Part shown: positions 10,851-22,387 of the stretch, one piece after another
Layout: each line of letters starts with the position of its first letter
How positions within the stretch are numbered: position 1 is the first letter of the stretch
From: Octopus bimaculoides
Lineage: Eukaryota
Assembly: GCF_001194135.2 (NCBI RefSeq)
Contig: NC_068986.1
Location: 10,049,134-10,097,193, forward strand
Direction of reading: 5' to 3'
Length of the DNA: 48,060 bases
Made by a program: the position numbers and the translations under genes
Notes under the pieces: model-generated
Seen by the model: the letters and a program-made list of their open reading frames with translations, nothing else
What the model was told of the DNA's origin: nothing
Databases searched by the model: none

Positions 10851-10988
10851 GACAGGCTTCTTTCAGTTTCCATCTACCAAATCCACTCACAAGGCTTTGG
10901 TTGGCTGGAGGCTGTAATGGGAGACACTTGCCCAAGGTGCCCTGCAGTGGGACTGAATCTGGAACCAATGTGGTTGGGAAACAAACTT
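10851..10988 (-). mobile_element. Family A SINE, 5' half
   Basis: ggcttctttcagtttccatctaccaaatccactcacaaggc...cacttgcccaaggtgcc...gaaccaatgtggttggga. Confidence 0.85.
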
Positions 10989-11690
10989 TCTGTTTTTTTC
11001 AATAATTGCATTATGGTTTTCTGAATTATGGATAAGACGTTCGGAAAAAAGCATAAAAATAAATTTTCTCTCCACTTTTTATTTATTTATTTATTTATTT
11101 ATATTCTTTTAATCTGGAAGTGTCGCTAATAAGAAACCAACAGGTTTTGACATCGGAATTGGACGGTTCCATTTCCCTTAAGAATATAGTTCCAGCATCT
11201 CCATTCTTTCCCTAGCTTCATGCCACCTATTAACGAAATATTATTCCTAGATTATTGAAAACTAAAGGTAAGCTCTGAGTTAACCAATCTGCAGCCCGAG
11301 CTGGGGCGTGTAGTTGAAAGCACATCATTTTACATCATAGCGCTAATACTTTTGCTGAGAAGAGAGAAAGATTTGCAAGATGTTCAGGTCCTTGTGTCAC
11401 ACGCATGCGCTCATACAGACATCACCACCACCACCATCGTCATCATCGTCGTTGTCATCATCGTCATCATCTGAGTTCTTGGGTCGATGTAAGGATCGTT
11501 ATTGGTCCCATCCAAAGTTAGTAATAAGGGACCAGGCTTGATGCAGAATGTAAATCTCGTGTCCATTGGTGACAGGTTCAGACCAGATGTGAAATGAAAT
11601 GGACCTCACCCACATCACAAACTGTTATATGTGATGCCCCAGCATGGCCGCAGTCAAAAAAAGATAGAAAATATACCGGTATACATATAT

Positions 11691-11905
11691 ATTCTTTTCT
11701 ACTCTAGGCACAAGACCTGAAGTTTTGTGGGGAGGGGGCCAGTCGATTAGATCAACCCAGTACGCAACTGGTACTTAATTTATCGACCCCAAAGGGATGA
11801 TAGGCAAAGTCGACTGCAGCGGAATTTGAACTCAGAATATAAAGACAGATGAAATACCGCTAAGCATTTCGCCGGGCGTACTAATGTTTCTGCCAGCCCG
11901 TTGCC
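11691..11905 (-). mobile_element. Family B SINE
   Basis: Colinear with the copy at 10028-10235. Confidence 0.85.
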
Positions 11906-11978
11906 TTAATGTATGTATATACATCTATATATATATATAAGGCATGTATGTATGAATGTACCTATGTATGTATGTATG

Positions 11979-12016
<38 letters not shown>

Positions 12017-12101
12017 CACTCATATATATATATATATATTAAAACCGAAAAATCTCCTCGTATATCTATCTATCTACCTATATATATATATAAATATATA
12101 T

Positions 12102-12138
<37 letters not shown>

Positions 12139-12144
12139 CAAATA

Positions 12145-12275
12145 GTAAATGAGTATATGCATATATACGTACAGGTATGTGCATACCGACATCCACCTGT
12201 ATGTATAGGTGTATATCTGGGTACAGGACATTGCAAACAAAGCGTAGACGAGAAAACACACAAGCCACATAGAGA
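12145..12275 (-). repeat. Dispersed repeat also found at 25580-25725 (+) and partly at 44147-44170 (+)
   Basis: gagtatatgcatatatacgtacaggtatgtgcatacc...gggtacaggacattgcaaacaaagcgtagac is the reverse complement of the 25.6-kb copy. Confidence 0.8.
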
Positions 12276-12539
12276 ACATTCTACTTCATCAGCTACCCCC
12301 GTTTTAACACCGGCGTTTCGAAGAGCTGGGAAGGACGCATCGTTATACGTGTGTAGGTTCGTATGCATCTGTATGCATGTGTGTGTGTGTGTGTGTGTGC
12401 ATGTGTGTATTTCTATATATATATATATATATATATGATGTACTTACAGATATGCTTATATGAACAAAAATAAGATAAAAACATAATTCTTTGCCAAAGA
12501 CGTTCCTTCCCACCCTCTCTCTATGTGGTGCCTTTCTAT

Positions 12540-13300
12540 TCTGGTCTGATTATCGGTAAGATGGCGACCCGGTTTCGATTCTCCGAACGAAAACGTGTTC
12601 TCTTCCCTTTAAACATTTGAAGCGATGCGTGACGACTCACCTCCCCCCACCCACACCCTGTCTCTACATCATGTTTAATCCCCGTCTGCCTATCTTTGTC
12701 TCTCCCCCTCCTCCCCCGCGACACCTCCTCTCCGTCTGTAGTCTTAAGACTTAACATCATTCGTTTATGACCTTTCTCGACGTCCCCGCTCTCCATTGCT
12801 GTCGCCTCGCAAGTGCCTGGCAATTGCCTCACAACAAAACATTAGCTGGTGGCTACGGGATGCTGAAGTGTGTAGTAAGATCGTGTAAGCAGTTGTTGAT
12901 GTTGTTGTTGTCGTTATCATAAGGACATATTAGATAAGAAGAGTGTGTGAGGGGCAAGGGTGGAGCGCGCGCGAGAGAGAGAGAGGGCGGGATGGGGAGA
13001 AGGGAATGGAGAAATTTATAGACTCGTAGTGTCGATGGCCAAGATGGTGGATAATGAAAGAGGACGATGAGGAAGAGGTGAAGGAGGAGGTAGATAATGC
13101 GAGTTGGAGGGAGGGAGAGGAGGAGGAGGAGGAGGAGGAAAGCGAAAGAAGAAACAGGCTGAGAGGAAAAGACAAGAAAATGAAATAACAAACACCAACA
13201 ACAGCAGACGATAGAGTCGAGGTGGGAGGAGAGAGAGGTGGAGGGAGAGAAGAAAAACTATAGAGGTGTTGTGGTAGTGGAGAAGACGGATGTTGGGGAG

Positions 13301-13333
<33 letters not shown>

Positions 13334-13527
13334 ACAGGGTGTGCAGATGTGAAGAAAAACGAAGACGGGAACCAAGAAAAAAAGAGGAGGGAAGAAAAGA
13401 AAAAAAAANNNNNNNNNNNNNNNNNNNNNNNNNNNNNNNNNNNNNNNNNNNNNNNNNNNNNNNNNNNNNNNNNNNNNNNNNNNNNNNNNNNNNNNNTGTG
13501 GTAGTGGAGAAGACGGATGTTGGGGAG

Positions 13528-13560
<33 letters not shown>

Positions 13561-14231
13561 ACAGGGTGTGCAGATGTGAAGAAAAACGAAGACGGGAACC
13601 AAGAAAAAAAGAGGAGGGAAGAAAAGAAAAAAAAAGAAAGAGAATGAGAATATAAAGAGAGAAAGAAAAGAGAATAAAGTGAGGGGAATGAAAAAGAGTA
13701 AGACACAGAGAGAGAGAGAGGGAGAAAACCGTGATGAGTGATGACGACTTGGTAAATGACAATATGCAAGAGGAGGAGGAGGAGGAGGGAAGCAAGTAAT
13801 AAGGGCGTGGAGGGGCGGTGGGGGAAGGATGGGGGGGTTAACACGAAGCGAATGATAAAGAAGACAAGAAAGAAGAAAGTTGGATAAGAAAAAAAGAAAT
13901 GAAACGAAGAAAAAGAAGAAAAGTAGTGGTGGTGGTGGTGGTGGAATAGAATGAAGTGCAACAAGCTGTACTGCGATATATTAGAAAATGATAGATAGAG
14001 GTTGAGGAAAAGAGGGAGGGAAAGACGTAGAGAATCAGAGATAAAGATAGATAGATAAAGAGTGAGAGAGAGAGACTGGTGGGAGAAGAAGGCAAGTGAT
14101 AGCAACAGCAACAGCAGCAGCAGCAGGTTAGCTGCTGCTGCAATAAACACTAGATGTAGTGGTGGTAGTGGTGTTACCTGGTTCGCCAACATCCTCTATT
14201 ACGCATGCTCATCATTTCATTTACTCTACAG
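12540..14231 (+). promoter_or_regulatory. Putative promoter / 5' UTR region of the ZFPM-like gene
   Basis: A CpG-rich non-repeat patch (12540-12830) and GCGCGCGCG plus GGGCGG near 12965-12990 are followed by a long GA-rich tract. GC boxes lie at 13803-13818, directly upstream of the ATG exon. The TSS cannot be determined. Confidence 0.35.
12950..14100 (+). repeat. ~1.1-kb purine-rich (GA/GAA/GGA) low-complexity tract
   Basis: Strongly purine-biased + strand. It is the source of the spurious minus-strand ORF 12930-14192. Confidence 0.9.
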
Positions 14232-14244
14232 GTGCTCCATCATC

Positions 14245-14284
14245 ATGTCACGTCGAAAACAGTCCAATCCACGGCCTCTTCTTG
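14245..14284 (+). CDS. ZFPM/ush-like: First coding exon of a FOG/ZFPM/U-shaped-like zinc-finger transcription cofactor (MSRRKQSNPRPLL, phase-1 end; exon 14232-14284 includes 13 nt of 5' UTR)
   Basis: ATG TCA CGT CGA AAA CAG TCC AAT CCA CGG CCT CTT CTT G is followed by a consensus donor GTAAGT (14285-14290). An acceptor tttcatttactctacAG ends at 14231. The peptide matches the MSRRKQxxP NuRD-binding motif and is closest to ZFPM1 MSRRKQSNPRQIK. SALL, BCL11 and ZNF423/521 share the motif, so orthology is not proven. Confidence 0.85.
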
Positions 14285-16574
14285 GTAAGTCTGTTGTCAT
14301 TTGACAGTAAAAAACAGCAATAATTATCAATTTCATCCAAATTATATATATAATTGAGTTTTCCTCTTTTTAAAATTAATTTGTTGTTATGTCTTGTTTT
14401 GTCGGAAGGGTGGAGGAAGAAGAGTTTGGGCTGGATCATATGTGGATGGGGGGAAAAGCAGCCGTCATCGTCTCATTGAAAATCATTTCATCCTTCTTGA
14501 AAGTTAGAAGAAAAACAACAACAACAATAATAGGAATGATAATAATGCTATCATCTCAACTAAACTAATTTGAGAGGCATTATAATGATGACGGCAGTGA
14601 TGTGTGTCTGCGTGTTTATATGAACTACCTGTTGCATCTTTTATTCGTTCGCTCTAACTTGTATCTCTGATATGTTTTTCAACAACATCCTTGGTTTTTT
14701 TTTTTTTTTTTTCAACTTAAAAACTCATGTTTTTTCCTTCCCTCACAAGGTCCCGTTTTTTTAAAAAAAATCTTATTGAAATATCTATTTTAGTCATCGA
14801 TATGTAATATTTGTTCTCCATCCCAAATCAAAGTTATTCAACTTCAAAAACTAATATCTATTCCTCTCTCTCTCTCCCCTTCTGTATGTGTGTGTGTATG
14901 TGTGTGAATTTAACTTTGAAACTCGACTAAGTTCTTTACTTATACATGATATTCTTCAACTAAAAATGAAACTACAGCTACATTTTACATGAATATCTAA
15001 TTAGGAATGTGTTTACTACGTGTCCGACCAATATTAAAAACTATTCATCTATAGTTTGCTCTGGTCACTTTGTCCACCTCTCGGCTCTCTCTCGCGGAAT
15101 TTCAGCTGCTCTTTCTCTGTGTGTGTAATATGACACATCGCTCGCTGCTCTCTCGCAACCCACAAACCCAGACCTACCTTCTCGTCTCCTGCTATTGAAT
15201 ACCACAGGAAGCGTCCTATTAAAGTAATAACAGTTATAAAACTAGGATGATGAAGACAATACAAATACTACTACTATTACTACTACTAATAATAATGACT
15301 GATGTTTAATCAAAACCTTTTGTTTTATACTTGTAATTACCTACTTTCTGTTCCCCCCTCTCTCAATGTCCGTATTCCTGCACATCTTTCAACTAGTTCC
15401 TTCGTCTACCAAAATGTCAAACTTACCTGACGAATTCATTAACTTTTTTTTTTTTTTTTACGAAAATGCGAAGAACTCGTCTTAGTTGGATCTTTATATA
15501 CTTTAAAAACTCACATCCCTTACGTATTTCAATAAATATNNNNNNNNNNNNNNNNNNNNNNNNNNNNNNNNNNNNNNNNNNNNNNNNNNNNNNNNNNNNN
15601 NNNNNNNNNNNNNNNNNNNNNNNNNNNNNNNNNNNNNNNNNNNNNNNNNNNNNNNNNNNNNNNNNNNNNNNNNNNNNNNNNNNNNNNNNNNNNNNNNNNN
15701 NNNNNNNNNNNNNNNNNNNNNNNNNNNNNNNNNNNNNNNNNNNNNNNNNNNNNNNNNNNNNNNNNNNNNNNNNNNNNNNNNNNNNNNNNNNNNNNNNNNN
15801 NNNNNNNNNNNNNNNNNNNNNNNNNNNNNNNNNNNNNNNNNNNNNNNNNNNNNNNNNNNNNNNNNNNNNNNNNNNNNNNNNNNNNNNNNNNNNNNNNNNN
15901 NNNNNNNNNNNNNNNNNNNNNNNNNNNNNNNNNNNNNNNNNNNNNNNNNNNNNNNNNNNNNNNNNNNNNNNNNNNNNNNNNNNNNNNNNNNNNNNNNNNN
16001 NNNNNNNNNNNNNNNNNNNNNNNNNNNNNNNNNNNNNNNNNNNNNNNNNNNNNNNNNNNNNNNNNNNNNNNNNNNNNNNNNNNNNNNNNNNNNNNNNNNN
16101 NNNNNNNNNNNNNNNNNNNNNNNNNNNNNNNNNNNNNNNNNNNNNNNNNNNNNNNNNNNNNNNNNNNNNNNNNNNNNNNNNNNNNNNNNNNNNNNNNNNN
16201 NNNNNNNNNNNNNNNNNNNNNNNNNNNNNNNNNNNNNNNNNNNNNNNNNNNNNNNNNNNNNNNNNNNNNNNNNNNNNNNNNNNNNNNNNNNNNNNNNNNA
16301 TGCCAACCTGAGCTTCTTTTCTTCGATGAGAGGAAAAAAAAAGGAGGGAATGTTAGCTCGAGTCATTTCAATCCCCGATCGATAACTGGGTTAGGTTTGG
16401 TGTTTAATAAATCATTTTTATAACTTTTTATCCATCATGTATCTCTCTCCCTTTATCACTGCTGATATTTTACAGTAGTGAGGGTGGGCGCTGCTTTTCA
16501 TTTATCTCGTTCTTTCTTCTTTTTCTGTATCCTGAAACTACAATCCGTTTCTGATGGGTGTGGACCAGCAAACC

Positions 16575-16772
16575 CTTGGCAAAAAAATGAGTTATACCTG
16601 TAATTCAAAGGGTCAGCTTTGACACATTCTGTGTCACGCTGAATCTCCCTGAGGACTACGTTAAGGATACACATGTCTGTGGAGTACTCAGCCACTTTCA
16701 CGCTGATTTTTATAAGCAGGCTGTTCTGTTGATCGGATCAAGTGGGACCCTCGTCATCGTAACAGATGGAGT
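16575..16772 (+). mobile_element. Family C SINE, 3' half
   Basis: ctgtgtcacgctgaatctccctgag...gtggagtactcagccact...gttgatcggatcaa...ccctcgtcatcgtaac. Confidence 0.8.
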
Positions 16773-17851
16773 ATGTGTATGTGTTTTCAAGAATTTCTAT
16801 TTTGAATAAGATAGCAAAGCACTTACATAATACTTAGAACTGCAAGTAAATCCATGTATATCCAAATTCCAGTCGAGTAATACAATATTTGATGCCATAT
16901 ATGAAACTTTTTTTTTTATCCCCCCCAGAATGTTTTTTTTTTTTAAATCACCTTGGATCCTAGATGCTAATTTGGACCTATATTACATGCGTTAAAGCAC
17001 TAAAAAACTTGTTTTCCTCAAAATGAGCTGCAGAATTAAGGGGTGCGACTACAGGCATCTTTTATGCCGTCAAATATGGTAAACCGTAATTTGTCCTCCG
17101 GTTTTCTTTTCGTAATTTAAAGTTTAATTAATTTACGATGTTATAGTAAAAAGATAAACTAAATCTACATGTTTATTAATATCACACGCACACGCACACA
17201 CGGTTATCTTTTTCATTGTATGTTTGACACTTTTATCCTCTCTCTCTCTCTCCCCCCTCCCTCTCTCCCCCTCCCTCTCTCTCTCTCACATACACACACA
17301 CACACAGTCCCTCTCCATTAACAATCACTCGTACGCATCACCTCTTCCCCCTTCCTCTATTGCACAGTCTCTCTTTCACCCTCTCCCCAGCACTCACTAA
17401 TCAACATTACTTCCTCCCTCCCCTTCTCTCTCTTACTCTCTCATAACTTTACTCCGTCTCTTTCGTCTCGCCAACCTTAAATTTACTCCTCCTTCTGCTT
17501 CTCCTTCGTTTTTCTTGTTTCTCTCTCTCTCTTCGATCTCATTTCAAAATGCCACCGAGATGATTCCTATCCTGCCATCTCACAGAATCGATAAAATAAA
17601 ACAGCAATCAAGTACCAGAGCACATTTAATCGATAAATCCCTTTTCCCAACCCTACATCACCCAAATCTAAGTTCTTTCGCCCAAATTAGAAACAAGAAC
17701 ACCTCATCTTACATCTTTCTTTTCTCTTTCTCGCTTTCGTTCTCTTTCTCTCTCCCCCCTCTCTCTCTGTTTGTGTGAGTGTATAAATGTGTGCCATACA
17801 CACACACACACACACACACACATGCACAAAGATCATATATTTATATATTAT

Positions 17852-17995
17852 ATTGCAAAGATAATCTGGAACTTGACTGAGGAATGAAAACTCCGAGTGA
17901 CCCGTCCTTGTTTTCTTTGTATCGTCTGTCTGGATGTTTTGTTGTCCCCTTTTTTGTATCACCTAACTGCCTGGATGTTTCTTGTTCTTGTCCCA

Positions 17996-18026
<31 letters not shown>

Positions 18027-18186
18027 NNNNNNNNNNNNNNNNNNNNNNNNNNNNNNNNNNNNNNNNATATATACAGGAATAAAAAAAATGGGACAAGAAT
18101 GCATAACATCCAGACGATACAAGGAAACAAGGACGGGTCATTCGGAGTTTTCATTCCCCAGTCGAGTTCCAGATTATCTTTGCAAT
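17852..18186. mobile_element. Foldback/MITE with ~120-bp inverted arms around a (TA)n core that contains a gap
   Basis: attgcaaagataatctggaacttgactgaggaatgaaaactccgagtgacccgtccttg... is mirrored by ...caaggacgggtcattcggagttttcattccccagtcgagttccagattatctttgcaat. Confidence 0.85.
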
Positions 18187-18451
18187 TTCGGCAAACAGTG
18201 CTATTTTATCCTAGAAAATGTAGGGCTTTGAAAGAAAAGGATGGGATGGGTGTATAGGACACAGCCCGAAGAATTCCGATTTTCTCCAAATAAGACAAGT
18301 TTTACCGATGCAGGTTACCACCACCATCACCCTCTTCGGATTCTGTTTTAACTGAAATATTTATTTAATTAATTAATTATTTAGAGAACAGCCATCCTAA
18401 ATCGAATCATAACATTAGGTTATCATCGCTTGATTTGTGTTTTTTCTTTCT

Positions 18452-18800
18452 CCACATGGTTCCGGGTTCGGTCCCACTGCGAGGCATCTTGAGCAAGAGT
18501 CTTCTCCTATAGCCTCCGAGCGACCAAAGCCTTGTGAGTGGATTTGGTAGATGAAAACTGAAAGAAGCCCGACGTATATATACATAAATACATACATATA
18601 TGTGTGTGTGTGTGATCACCACCGCTTGATAACTGGTATTGATATGTTTACGCCCCTGTAACTTAGCGGTTCGAAAAAGACTGATAAAATAAGCACCAGG
18701 TTTAAAAGAGTAAATTCTAGTTTAGGCTTCTTCGACTAAAACCCTTTAAGGTGGTGCCCCAGCATGACCGTAGTTTAATGGCTGAAACAAGTAAAACAAA
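18452..18800 (+). mobile_element. Family A SINE with internal (TA)/(TG) microsatellite
   Basis: ccacatggttccgggttcggtccc...gaaagaagccc...gataaaataagcaccagg...ccccagcatgacc...gaaacaagtaaaac. Confidence 0.85.
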
Positions 18801-18828
18801 AGAGAAGACAAATCTTTGTCTCACTACT

Positions 18829-18859
<31 letters not shown>

Positions 18860-19231
18860 TGACGTTTTACTTTCTGCTTTACTTTCGGAGTTCAAATCCT
18901 GCTGAAGTCACTTTATTATTATTATTTTTTTTTATCTTAAAGGTCGGTGCCATAGAGTCCATTAATTCGACAATAATCTTTCTTATACACCCCGCTCCCT
19001 AAAAATAAATAAAATTCTTGGGATGCGTGGTGCTTAACTTCGAAATTGTCATTATTCCTTTCTAGTGCATTGACCGAATCGTTACGGCATCGAACATTGT
19101 GGTGACGGTAGGAAAGCCTGTAAGCATAGGGCCACTCGATCCGGGCTAACGTGGAGCTTAACATCGATAATCGACCTTGAATTTAGACAAAATATTTGTA
19201 ACGAATGTATAAAAATCACATCTGTATATTT

Positions 19232-19268
<37 letters not shown>

Positions 19269-19271
<3 letters not shown>

Positions 19272-19342
19272 AACGTTGACCACTAAAGTGGACATTTAAT
19301 GTGCTAGCACATTAAATGTCCACTTTCGTGGTCAACGTTATA
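19269..19342. repeat. 74-bp loopless palindrome centred on CTAG
   Basis: tataacgttgaccactaaagtggacatttaatgtgctagcacattaaatgtccactttcgtggtcaacgttata has one mismatch. A single arm also occurs at 44178-44216. Confidence 0.95.
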
Positions 19343-19593
19343 TATAAAAATATACTTTAATCCCCTGAGATCGCAGATATTGTTTCTGAATCTCTTTGAT
19401 TCTTTAAATGTGCTAGCTTCCTGGTAATAAATCGATATTAATTAATATATGATTTTTTACCCTATGTTTATATATATATATATTATATATATATATATAT
19501 GTGACCGGATTGATTTTACTCTTCCATGGTCTTCGTCACAAGTCCTCTTCCTCGTGCATAATATTTTATTTTAATCAGTAAATATATCCCCAA

Positions 19594-19809
19594 CCCTCTA
19601 ACATTTAAACCGGTCATATCCACCCCAAATATTCTCCCTATTGCTTGTTAAAACTGACCAGAGCCAGCCTCTTCCACCTACCCTGCAGTGTCATTCTAAA
19701 AGTAATCGCATCATTGAAATCTCCAAGCTACAAGATAATCCATGATTATTCCATAATAATGTGCAGAAGCATTGCATTTGACAGAGTAATCTGAATTCGA
19801 AAGGGTTAA
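19594..19809. mobile_element. piggyBac-like MITE (CCC...GGG ends, TTAA site)
   Basis: The right end gaaagggTTAA is at 19800-19809. The left end (ccaa)ccctctaacattt is a decayed ttaaccctttagcatt. Confidence 0.55.
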
Positions 19810-21530
19810 GAACTCAGCCTTTGACCCTTAAACTTTCAAACCAATTCTCTCAACTTTGGAAGGTTTTATTTTTCACAATCTCAAAGTCACTAAACGAAAA
19901 ACTTTGTAGTACTTAGTGACGCCTCTTGACGTTTTGCGTACGAATCCTTACCACATAAATTTTTGCCTTTTATCTTTCGGAAGCGGCTGTGCGGGTCAGG
20001 ATGGTCGATAAAATTGTATCAGTCAGGTATTAGGGTCTATAAGATCGTTTATTCCTCCGCCTAGAATTTGAGACCGTTTTAGAAATCAATCTAGAACTCA
20101 AGTCACATGAAAATTCATGTGGTTTAGGCATGTTTCGTAGCAGGTTCTTCAAAATTATAATTGTTCGGTGCCTTTTAAGTTTTACAAGCCAAAATTTAGG
20201 GGTCACCTCCATGGTTTAGAATAGTGTTTAAATTTATGATTCCCCACAGCGATAACAATGAGATGCAGTTGAGTGACGGCTTGTGAAGAAAAAAAAATTG
20301 TTTATTATAGTCGCTAGGTGAGTGCCGTGGTATTAGAGTGAATTATTTTGAGATACAATTTCGATTCCTGACTGGAAACTTTCCACTTTAACATCGCTAT
20401 CTTTCGTTTGCTGAATATCTTCAAACATAGCCAGTTTGCGTTCTGAGTTCGAACTCAGAATGCAAAGAGACGGAAGAGACACAGCGAGGCATTTTGTTGG
20501 AAACTTAACGATTCCACCAAATCCACAGACTCGTTGCACCTCCACTTGCCAACCGGACTCCTTAATACTTGGAATTAAACATTATATATATATATATATA
20601 TATNNNNNNNNNNNNNNNNNNNNNNNNNNNNNNNNNNNNNNNNNNNNNNNNNNNNNNNNNNNNNNNNNNNNNNNNNNNNNNNNNNNNNNNNNNNNNNNNN
20701 NNNNNNNNNNNNNNNNNNNNNNNNNNNNNNNNNNNNNNNNNNNNNNNNNNNNNNNNNNNNNNNNNNNNNNNNNNNNNNNNNNNNNNNNNNNNNNNNNNNN
20801 NNNNNNNNNNNNNNNNNNNNNNNNNNNNNNNNNNNNNNNNNNNNNNNNNNNNNNNNNNNNNNNNNNNNNNNNNNNNNNNNNNNNNNNNNNNNNNNNNNNN
20901 NNNNNNNNNNNNNNNNNNNNNNNNNNNNNNNNNNNNNNNNNNNNNNNNNNNNNNNNNNNNNNNNNNNNNNNNNNNNNNNNNNNNNNNNNNNNNNNNNNNN
21001 NNNNNNNNNNNNNNNNNNNNNNNNNNNNNNNNNNNNNNNNNNNNNNNNNNNNNNNNNNNNNNNNNNNNNNNNNNNNNNNNNNNNNNNNNNNNNNNNNNNN
21101 NNNNNNNNNNNNNNNNNNNNNNNNNNNNNNNNNNNNNNNNNNNNNNNNNNNNNNNNNNNNNNNNNNNNNNNNNNNNNNNNNNNNNNNNNNNNNNNNNNNN
21201 NNNNNNNNNNNNNNNNNNNNNNNNNNNNNNNNNNNNNNNNNNNNNNNNNNNNNNNNNNNNNNNNNNNNNNNNNNNNNNNNNNNNNNNNNNNNNNNNNNNN
21301 NNNNNNNNNNNNNNNNNNNNNNNNNNNNNNNNNNNNNNNNNNNNNNNNNNNNNNNNNNNNNNNNNNNNNNNNNNNNNNNNNNNNNNNNNNNNNNNNNNNN
21401 NNNNNNNNNNNNNNNNNNNNNNNNNNNNNNNNNNNNNNNNNNNNNNNNNNNNNNNNNNNNNNNNNNNNNNNNNNNNNNNNNNNNNNNNNNNNNNNNNNNN
21501 NNNNNNNNNNNNNNNNNNNNNNNNNNNNNN

Positions 21531-21564
<34 letters not shown>

Positions 21565-21566
<2 letters not shown>

Positions 21567-21810
21567 TGGCACTCCGTTGGTTACGATGACGAGTGTTCCA
21601 GCTGATCCGATGAACAGAACAGCCTACTTGTGAAATTAACGTGGAAGTGGCTGAGTACTACACAGACACGCATAGCCTTAGCATGGTTCTCAGGGAGATT
21701 CAGCGTGACAGGGAATGTAACAAGGCTGGCCCTTTGAATTACTACTCCTTTTTGCCAGCTAAGTGGACTGGAGCAACGTGAAATAAAGTGTCTTGCTCAA
21801 GGACACAACG
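21565..21810 (-). mobile_element. Family C SINE (middle and 3' tail)
   Basis: Shares its tail with 3142-3526 and its middle (gagcaagacactttatttcacgttgctccag) with 801-920. Confidence 0.8.
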
Positions 21811-22387
21811 AGTTGTTCTCGAAACGAGTAAATTAAAATAGACACGATTTCTTATTTTAGCACAAAGTCATGAATTTGTTGGGACGAAAGACAAAAAAGT
21901 TGGCGGGGTGTGGTGTGGAGTTGATGAAATCAACCGTTTGTGTGCATGTGCTTTATGTTATTGCTGAGGGAAGAATGAAAAGCAAAAGATGAGCGGATAA
22001 AACTGAACTCAGAAAAGGGCAGTATTGAGTACCACAAGGCAACTTGGCCGATGGTCAAACTACCAATCTGCTGCAATTTTGGATAATTTCTGTTGCGAAG
22101 CTGCAAATTTTTAGGAAAGAGCTGTGTGTGGTTAGTAGAAGTGCTTAGCTCCAAATCAACTGGACTTAAGATCAAAGCGTTCCAGCCATGGACATTGCAT
22201 TTAATTTCTAAGATTCTAATGTTCAAAGTGTCCCTCGTTTATTTTTAACACTGTAATGTGTAATTTTGAAGGTCCAACTCAAAAGGAGTTAAATCCAGAA
22301 CTTGCTTCTCCCTTCTTAGTTAATGATGATAATGAGATTAAGGTGATGGAAAGGCCGAGGTTCTTAATCCCTTCTTTTACACTGGGT

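Noticed and set aside
12930-14192. 420-aa minus-strand ORF and overlapping ORFs
   Set aside because: Translation of a GA-rich low-complexity tract spanning a gap. It is a Leu/Ser/Phe-rich product with no domain.
14062-14304. 80-aa ORF as a complete gene
   Set aside because: Only 14245-14284 is supported. The upstream part comes from simple repeats with a GTG start, and the tail reads through a consensus donor.
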